Assembly (NCBI GenBank): GCA_964418145.1
Contig: CAYQKC010000002.1
Coordinates: 1-40,336, forward strand
Source: an uncultured Candidatus Saccharibacteria bacterium
GTDB lineage: Bacteria > Patescibacteriota > Minisyncoccia > Phycocordibacterales > UBA9973
Length of the DNA stretch: 40,336 bases
Direction of reading: 5' to 3'
Positions 35,800-40,336 of this stretch are shown piece after piece. The notes below the pieces were generated by a model. That model did no database searches. It saw only the letters and a list, made by a program, of their open reading frames with translations, and was not told where the DNA came from. Position 1 is the stretch's first letter. Each line of letters begins with the position of its first letter. The position numbers and the translations under genes are program-made.

Positions 35800-36035
35800 T
35801 TTGTTGCCAGCTCGCAAAAAAATTCGCCCCGTATTCCCCCCGCATCCTCCGGCACGGCGGGAACCCCCGCCAGCATTTCAAAAATCAGTCTCGGTTTTGC
35901 GAACCATTCCTCCCGCAAAATAGTTTCATAAAACCGAGCCCATTTTATATTTAGAACACTCCGTACTTTTCCTTTGGAAAAGAGGCACATCATTGTGCCT
36001 GTCTGCCTTTGGCAGGCGCGGAGTGTTCTTTTCGC
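35800..36035. other. GC-rich, hairpin-dense non-coding element (candidate structured RNA or DNA element); strand undetermined
   Basis: Local hairpins are GGCGGG-AACC-CCCGCC and CTCGG/TTTTGCG...CGCAAAA/CCGAG. An 11-bp outer stem (35953-63 with 36019-29) encloses three perfect hairpins. Confidence 0.4.
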
Positions 36036-36039
36036 TTTG

Positions 36040-36113
36040 TGACCTTATCGGGATTCGAACCCGAGTTCCAAGCTTGAGAAGCTTGTGTCCTAACCAGGCT
36101 AGACGATAAGGCC
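36040..36113 (-). tRNA. trnE: tRNA-Glu (anticodon CTC)
   Basis: Minus strand GGCCTTA-TC-GTCTAGCCTGGTTAGGAC-A-CAAGC-TTCTCAA-GCTTG-GAAC-TCGGG-TTCGAAT-CCCGA-TAAGGTC-A. Confidence 0.9.
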
Positions 36114-36120
36114 CACATAA

Positions 36121-36129
36121 AATATAACA
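36121..36129 (-). promoter_or_regulatory. extended -10 promoter TGtTATATT 7 nt upstream of the mature 5' end of tRNA-Glu
   Basis: The minus strand reads TGtTATATT-ttatgtg-G(+1 of the tRNA). Confidence 0.45.
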
Positions 36130-36135
36130 TTTTTA

Positions 36136-36180
36136 AATAAAATTAAAAGCAAAACAACGTAACCTTACGGGGTTACGTTG
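36136..36180 (-). terminator. intrinsic terminator of the Gre-like gene
   Basis: The minus strand reads CAACGTAACC-CCGTAA-GGTTACGTTG, followed by TTTTGCTTTTAATTTT. Confidence 0.7.
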
Positions 36181-36195
36181 CCTGTTTAAAATTTA

Positions 36196-36657
36196 TTATT
36201 CACTAATGGCTAGATTATCAAAACGGAATAGCCATTTTGCTTTTGAGGGTATTTTAATTTCTTCTACAACAAAAGGTCTTTCTTTTTTACCTTCTATTAT
36301 TGAAGCCGTATCGCCTTTCTTCTTCCCGAGGATAGTTTTTCCAAGATCAGAAGAAGCTAGAATTATAGCAGTATTATGTGGCAAATCATGTCTCTTTACA
36401 TTTAACGTTCCGTCAAGAACACCGAATAATCCTTCACTGCTATCCAAGAAACGTAGTTTGAATCCATTCCCAGGTAGAATTATTTCATTTTGTTCGGTTG
36501 TTTTTACAATTGGAATTTCAGATAAAATAATTTTAATTTCTTTTGCTCTTTTTGTTCTCTTTGAAAGAGTTTCCAACTCTTTTTCTAGAGCTTTCCTTCC
36601 ATTAGGAAGGATAAAATTATCTGGATACACTGGTACGGAAGAAATTTTTCCACACAT
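36196..36657 (-). CDS. GreA/GreB-family C-terminal-domain protein with a truncated N-terminal coiled coil
   Basis: The C-terminal half (ILASSDLGKTILGKKKGDTASIIEGKKERPFVVEEI) matches the Gre C-terminal domain pattern S.SP.G.AL.GKK.GD. The N-terminus has only about 25 helical residues. SD GAGG lies upstream. Confidence 0.7.
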   Translation of the reverse strand: MCGKISSVPVYPDNFILPNGRKALEKELETLSKRTKRAKEIKIILSEIPIVKTTEQNEIILPGNGFKLRFLDSSEGLFGVLDGTLNVKRHDLPHNTAIILASSDLGKTILGKKKGDTASIIEGKKERPFVVEEIKIPSKAKWLFRFDNLAISE

Positions 36658-36736
36658 AAAACCCTCGCAAATTTTTTTGATGTACTAGTTGTTTAGTTGA
36701 ATTCGCTTGCAATTTTATACTTTTATTTTTTAAAAG

Positions 36737-37723
36737 TCAATCTTCTAGATGAGGTCTTTCCAGAGACAAGGAAGAAAGTTCTGGAGAAGAACCAGAGATT
36801 TTAAGGACGTCTTTGTCTATCTTTTTGAGTTCTTTGCCGGAAGCGTTGTAGTGATTTACTACAGTACTTAAAGAATTGCCGAGCTTTTCATGATACTCGT
36901 CGTAAGTTTTTAAATGTTTGCCCAAATCTTCCACCTTTTTTATTATTTCTTTGGCAGATTCCTCTATCTTTAAAGCTTTGAGTCCCTGCAAGACTGTCTG
37001 CAGGTAGGCGAGGAATGATGTCGGGGAAGTAATGATCACTTTGTATTTTCCCGCCGAGCGCTGGATCAAATTCTCTTCGCTTCCTCCGACCTTACCGGTC
37101 AAAAGGTCGTAATAGATCGCTTCATGAGGGATAAACATAAAGGCGAAATCAGTGGTGCCTTCTTTGGGCTGGATATATTTAACAGTTTCCAGAATTCTAT
37201 TTTTTAAATCATTCTCAAAGATTTTACTCAATCTTTCTTTTTCCAATCCATCTTTCGCTTCCGCCATTTTATTGTAATTTTCCAGCGAGAATTTTGAATC
37301 TATCGGTATTACTTTGTCTTTTACAAAAACAGCCGCATCCACTATAGTTCCGTCCGGGAATTCGTATTGCATCTGGTAGCTCCCGGGAGGCAGAACATTT
37401 TTCAAGACGGTTTCCAAATAATATTCGCCCAAGACCCCGCGCTGTTTTGGATTTTTTAAAATATCTTGCAAGTTTTGAAGCTGATCAGCGAAAGAAATGA
37501 CTTGTTTATTAGTCTCGTCAAGGCGAGTTAATCTCTCTGTCACATCACGGATGATTTTGTTTGATTCGGATGAGTGAAATTTTAAATTTTCATTCATCTG
37601 TCGATTTGATTCGCCTAATTTATTGTCAACCGCTTTTATGAGAGTGCTCACTTGTTGTAAAAGGTAGATCAGAAAGCCTCCAATCAAAAGCGCTATAGCA
37701 ATTAAAATGGTTTCCAAATTCAT
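36737..37723 (-). CDS. rmuC: DNA recombination protein RmuC
   Basis: N-terminal TM, a coiled coil, then QRGVLGEYYLETVL...VDAAVFVKDKVIPIDSKF...FMFIPHEAIY, typical of RmuC. Confidence 0.88.
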   Translation of the reverse strand: MNLETILIAIALLIGGFLIYLLQQVSTLIKAVDNKLGESNRQMNENLKFHSSESNKIIRDVTERLTRLDETNKQVISFADQLQNLQDILKNPKQRGVLGEYYLETVLKNVLPPGSYQMQYEFPDGTIVDAAVFVKDKVIPIDSKFSLENYNKMAEAKDGLEKERLSKIFENDLKNRILETVKYIQPKEGTTDFAFMFIPHEAIYYDLLTGKVGGSEENLIQRSAGKYKVIITSPTSFLAYLQTVLQGLKALKIEESAKEIIKKVEDLGKHLKTYDEYHEKLGNSLSTVVNHYNASGKELKKIDKDVLKISGSSPELSSLSLERPHLED

Positions 37724-37730
37724 ACTTAAT

Positions 37731-37736
37731 ATTATA
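37731..37736 (-). promoter_or_regulatory. -10 hexamer TATAAT 7 nt upstream of the rmuC ATG
   Basis: The minus strand reads TATAAT-attaagt-ATG(37723). Confidence 0.4.
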
Positions 37737-38489
37737 TTATAACAATTTCCTTAAATAATGTTTCAACGTGTAAATCCAATCTTCATCCAGCTGGTCGCTT
37801 TCGACTTTCTGGGCCAGAAGCCATTCGAGGTAGCCGGGGTCGATTTTGGCTATCTCAGCCACTTCTTTGCCGTTATATTTACCGAAGTTTATATATTTAA
37901 ACAAAGAAGGGTGCGAAGATATTTCTATCATTTTTTTTACAGCTTCTTCTTCGTTTAAGTTTTCTTCGCTCATTAATTTTTTCTTGAGACTTTCATATAG
38001 CTTTTCAAGAACCAAGACGTCACCTAGGGCATCATGCGCGGCGGCATCTACCTCAATTTCTAAGAGGTAGCGCAGGTATTGTAGGTTATACCTTATGATT
38101 TTTACTTCGGGATCCAAGTATCTCGCCAAGCGCAAAGTGCAGATGAATTTTTTGGGTTCGATGCCTTCTTTTTTGATTATAGCAAGGTCAAAAGGGGCAT
38201 TATGGGCGACCAATACCGAGTTTTCGTCCTCAAAAAGTTTCTTTATTTTTACAAAATCGGCGCTTTTTTTGAAAACAGGTTTTTTTTCAACCATTTTGTT
38301 TGAGATATGATGTATAGCGGAAGCTTCGGGCGGAATTTTAACGGGCGGTTTATAAAGACCGACAAAGTTTTCTTTGCTGTCCTCGTCTCCTTCGGGGTAA
38401 ATTTTATAAGCAAGTTGGCACAGAAAATCTTTTTCCGTATTACCGGTGGTTTCGGTATCAAAGAAAATTATATTTGGCATATGCTTCAT
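37737..38489 (-). CDS. DEDDh 3'-5' exonuclease (DnaQ/epsilon-like) with a C-terminal DUF3820-like tail
   Basis: ExoI IIFFDTETTGN, ExoII LVAHNAPFDL, ExoIII AAHDALGDV and a C-terminal FGKYNGKEVAEIAKIDPGYLEWLL. Confidence 0.85.
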   Translation of the reverse strand: MKHMPNIIFFDTETTGNTEKDFLCQLAYKIYPEGDEDSKENFVGLYKPPVKIPPEASAIHHISNKMVEKKPVFKKSADFVKIKKLFEDENSVLVAHNAPFDLAIIKKEGIEPKKFICTLRLARYLDPEVKIIRYNLQYLRYLLEIEVDAAAHDALGDVLVLEKLYESLKKKLMSEENLNEEEAVKKMIEISSHPSLFKYINFGKYNGKEVAEIAKIDPGYLEWLLAQKVESDQLDEDWIYTLKHYLRKLL

Positions 38490-38496
38490 TTTAACA

Positions 38497-38502
38497 TATA
38501 AT
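38497..38502 (+). promoter_or_regulatory. -10 hexamer TATAAT 6 nt upstream of the yqeY-like ATG
   Basis: TATAAT-taggtt-ATG(38509). Confidence 0.45.
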
Positions 38503-38508
38503 TAGGTT

Positions 38509-38958
38509 ATGCTCCACGAACAAATTAAAAATAAGATAAAAGAAGCGATACTCGCTAAAAATGCGGTTCTATTGGAGACCTTGCGTTTTACTTTGGCGGC
38601 CTTTACTAATGAACTGGTCGCCAAAGGCAAGAGGCCGACAGATATGCTCGCTGACGAAGAGGCATTGGCGGTGATTGTGCGTTTGTCCAGACAGAGAAAA
38701 GACTCCATAGAACAATTTAAGAAAGGAGGTAGAGAAGATCTGGTTAAAGCTGAAGAGGCACAGCTCGCTATCCTTGATGCATATCTACCAAAGATGATGG
38801 ATAGAAACGAGATAGAAAAAACAGTTAAAGAAAAAAGAAGAGAATTAGGAATTACTGACACGTCTAAAAAGGGAATGCTGATGCAGATCATTATGAAAGA
38901 TTTAAAAGGGAAAGCTGATGGAAAAGAAGTGAAAGAAGTCGTGGATTCTTTATTTTAG
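38509..38958 (+). CDS. yqeY: GatB/YqeY domain-containing protein
   Basis: IKEAILAKN...LETLR...AFTNE...EEAQLAILDAYLPKMM is the typical YqeY pattern, in 149 aa. Confidence 0.82.
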   Translation: MLHEQIKNKIKEAILAKNAVLLETLRFTLAAFTNELVAKGKRPTDMLADEEALAVIVRLSRQRKDSIEQFKKGGREDLVKAEEAQLAILDAYLPKMMDRNEIEKTVKEKRRELGITDTSKKGMLMQIIMKDLKGKADGKEVKEVVDSLF

Positions 38959-38964
38959 TAAGGT

Positions 38965-39600
38965 ATGCAAACTGTAACATTTTTAACCCTTTTGGTTGAG
39001 CGTCATCAAATCTGGGCTTATGCAGTTATATTTTTAGGGCTCATTTTTGAAGGAGAAGTAGTAGTTATAACAACTGGCGTTTTGGCATATTTAGGCGCAC
39101 TCGATTTTTGGCTATCCCTCACTCTTATATTTTCCGGGAGTTTTGTAAAGACCTTTGTCTTATATTACATAGGTGAAAGAGTGAATGAACGATACGGCCA
39201 AAGCAAATTTTTCAAATATATAGAGAAAAGAATTTCTTATCTTGCACCAAGTTTTAAAAAAAAGCCGTTTTGGACCATTTTCTTTTCAAAATTCATAATG
39301 GGGACGAATTATCTGGTGATTCTTTTTTCCGGCTATCACAAAGTGAAGTTCAAAACTTACTGCAAAGCGGAGATTATTTCAACTTTTATCTGGGCGCCGG
39401 CCTTGCTTTCTTTGGGATTTTTCTTCAGCGAGACGGCTATATCGGTAAGCAGAGAGATAAGCAAATTTTCAGTGGTGATATTCATTATGATAGCGATATT
39501 CCTGCTTTTTGATAAAATAGCTTCATCCGTCTTTACTTTTTATGAATATTTGAAGAACGGAATTAACGGCATAAATGGCAATGGTTATAATAAAGAATAA
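38965..39600 (+). CDS. DedA/SNARE-associated family membrane protein
   Basis: VIFLGLIFEGEVVVITTG at the N-terminus and about 5 TM segments, in 211 aa. Confidence 0.72.
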   Translation: MQTVTFLTLLVERHQIWAYAVIFLGLIFEGEVVVITTGVLAYLGALDFWLSLTLIFSGSFVKTFVLYYIGERVNERYGQSKFFKYIEKRISYLAPSFKKKPFWTIFFSKFIMGTNYLVILFSGYHKVKFKTYCKAEIISTFIWAPALLSLGFFFSETAISVSREISKFSVVIFIMIAIFLLFDKIASSVFTFYEYLKNGINGINGNGYNKE

Positions 39601-40336
39601 AAAAATAAAATTAGTGACGCACGACGGGTCCTTCCATGCGGATGACATTTTTGCCGCTGCCACTCTTTCCATATATCTGGAGAGTAAGGGCAAGAAATTT
39701 GAGATCATCCGAACCCGCGAGATGGAGAGGATAAAAGAAGGAGACTACATTTTTGATGTGGGCGGGATCTATGATGAGAAAAAAAACAGATTCGATCATC
39801 ATCAGAAAAGTTTTAAAAGCAAGAGGAAAAACGGGATCAAATATTCTTCATTCGGATTGGTTTGGAAAAAATTCGGCAAAGAGATCGCCGGGAATAAAAA
39901 AGTGGCAACGGAAATAGATAAAATACTTGCGCAACAGATAGATGCCGTAGATAACGGCATGGATATGATAAAGCCAACGGTCAAAGATGTTTTTCCGCTT
40001 GATATCTCGGATTTTTTCTTAGTTAATTTACCTACTTGGAAAGAAAATAAATCGGATTTGAATAAAATTTTTTATGAACAAGTCAGAATGACTGTGACTT
40101 TTTTAAAAAGGCAGATTAAGGTTGTCAAAGATGACATGAATGGGAAAGAAATAATTATAAAAGCTTATAAAAAATCGAAAGATAAAAGAGTCATTAAACT
40201 CGGTAAAAATTTTCCTAGATATTTAATCCAAAAAACCTTGTCAAGTTTTAAGGAACCGCTTTATGCGGTTTATCCGAGCCAATATGGGAAAAATTGGAAA
40301 GTGGAAGCTGTAATTAAAAATCCCTATACTATGCAG
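39581..40336 (+). CDS. MYG1/UPF0160-family metal-dependent hydrolase, 3' end beyond the window
   Basis: Hand translation gives ...KLVTHDGSFHADDIFAAATL...FDVGGIYDEKKNRFDHHQKSF.... The frame is open to the window end. The start is uncertain (ATG 39581 or GTG 39614). Confidence 0.78.
   Translation, partial: MVIIKNKKIKLVTHDGSFHADDIFAAATLSIYLESKGKKFEIIRTREMERIKEGDYIFDVGGIYDEKKNRFDHHQKSFKSKRKNGIKYSSFGLVWKKFGKEIAGNKKVATEIDKILAQQIDAVDNGMDMIKPTVKDVFPLDISDFFLVNLPTWKENKSDLNKIFYEQVRMTVTFLKRQIKVVKDDMNGKEIIIKAYKKSKDKRVIKLGKNFPRYLIQKTLSSFKEPLYAVYPSQYGKNWKVEAVIKNPYTMQ

Noticed and set aside
35591-35993. Coding potential in the GC-rich spacer: track ORFs 35591-35881(-) and 35715-35993(-), plus a 49-aa plus-strand ORF at 35782-35931 (MLGIFFFVASSQKNSPRIPPASSGTAGTPAS...).
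   Set aside because: They have no SD or correctly spaced -10 element. Their GC-rich codon usage is at odds with every confident gene here. The minus-strand ORFs overlap the 3' end of the 34968-35738 gene. The region is better explained by its dense perfect hairpins.
35740-36039. Identity as RNase P RNA, tmRNA, SRP (4.5S) RNA, or a hammerhead ribozyme.
   Set aside because: I could not find GAGGAAAGUCC (RNase P P4). There is no tRNA-like GGGG...ACCA end with a T-arm (tmRNA), no GGAA-tetraloop/AGCA helix-8 motif (SRP), and no CUGAUGA...GAAA core on either strand. This was a by-eye check only, so a covariance-model scan is still needed.
34486-36039. att-type direct repeats of the tRNA-Gln or tRNA-Glu 3' ends that would mark a classic integrated element.
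   Set aside because: By eye I found no copy of either tRNA 3' segment elsewhere in or next to the island. Integration therefore remains an inference from composition and context only.
1-40336. CRISPR arrays, IS elements or transposases, integrases, reverse transcriptases (DGR/retron), restriction-modification systems and toxin-antitoxin pairs.
   Set aside because: I saw no spaced direct-repeat arrays and no ORFs with DDE, tyrosine- or serine-recombinase, RT (YxDD) or methyltransferase motifs. The only nuclease-type mobile candidate is the GIY-YIG ORF.
1-40336. An alternative genetic code, such as UGA recoded as in some CPR lineages.
   Set aside because: All housekeeping ORFs are full-length under the standard code, and TGA is used as a stop (for example at 34953-34955). 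Nothing needs recoding.

Overview
The window is gene-dense, AT-rich and almost entirely housekeeping. It encodes dnaJ, metK, recR, dnaB, pepA, scpA/scpB, a cell-wall cluster (dac-ddl-alr), rpmG, miaA, murA, parB, a RelA/SpoT homolog, topA, dprA, dus, dnaX, rmuC, rplU and five aminoacyl-tRNA synthetases (cysS, trpS, aspS, serS). There are four intact tRNA genes: Trp-CCA, Leu-CAA, Gln-TTG and Glu-CTC. Many enzymes are domain-reduced, and there are large Cys-rich zinc-ribbon proteins. My inference is a streamlined, CPR/Patescibacteria-like (Parcubacteria-type) bacterium using the standard genetic code. I found no CRISPR array, transposase, integrase or recognisable named defence system. These are the parts ordinary annotation does not explain. 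(1) The tRNA-Trp locus is disrupted. A 5' tRNA-Trp remnant carries a perfect 24-nt palindrome flanked by TCCA repeats. An 86-aa GIY-YIG nuclease ORF follows, and its stop codon lies inside a second, intact tRNA-Trp. (2) topA contains a perfect 24+24-nt GC-rich inverted repeat inserted in frame, plus a second hairpin-rich in-frame insertion. (3) An AT-rich orphan island lies between convergent tRNA-Gln and tRNA-Glu. It holds two orphan ORFs and a roughly 280-nt GC-rich non-coding segment packed with hairpins, including a 77-nt cloverleaf-like four-way junction. (4) An orphan HExxH protein is paired with a soluble TraD/VirD4-like ATPase, with paralogous Cys-rich zinc-ribbon genes nearby on both sides. 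(5) Extended -10 promoters (TGnTAnAAT) recur 6-8 nt upstream of ATG start codons at about a dozen operon heads, implying leaderless mRNAs. Two tRNA genes show the same geometry. All protein calls come from reading motifs in the supplied translations. No database search was run.
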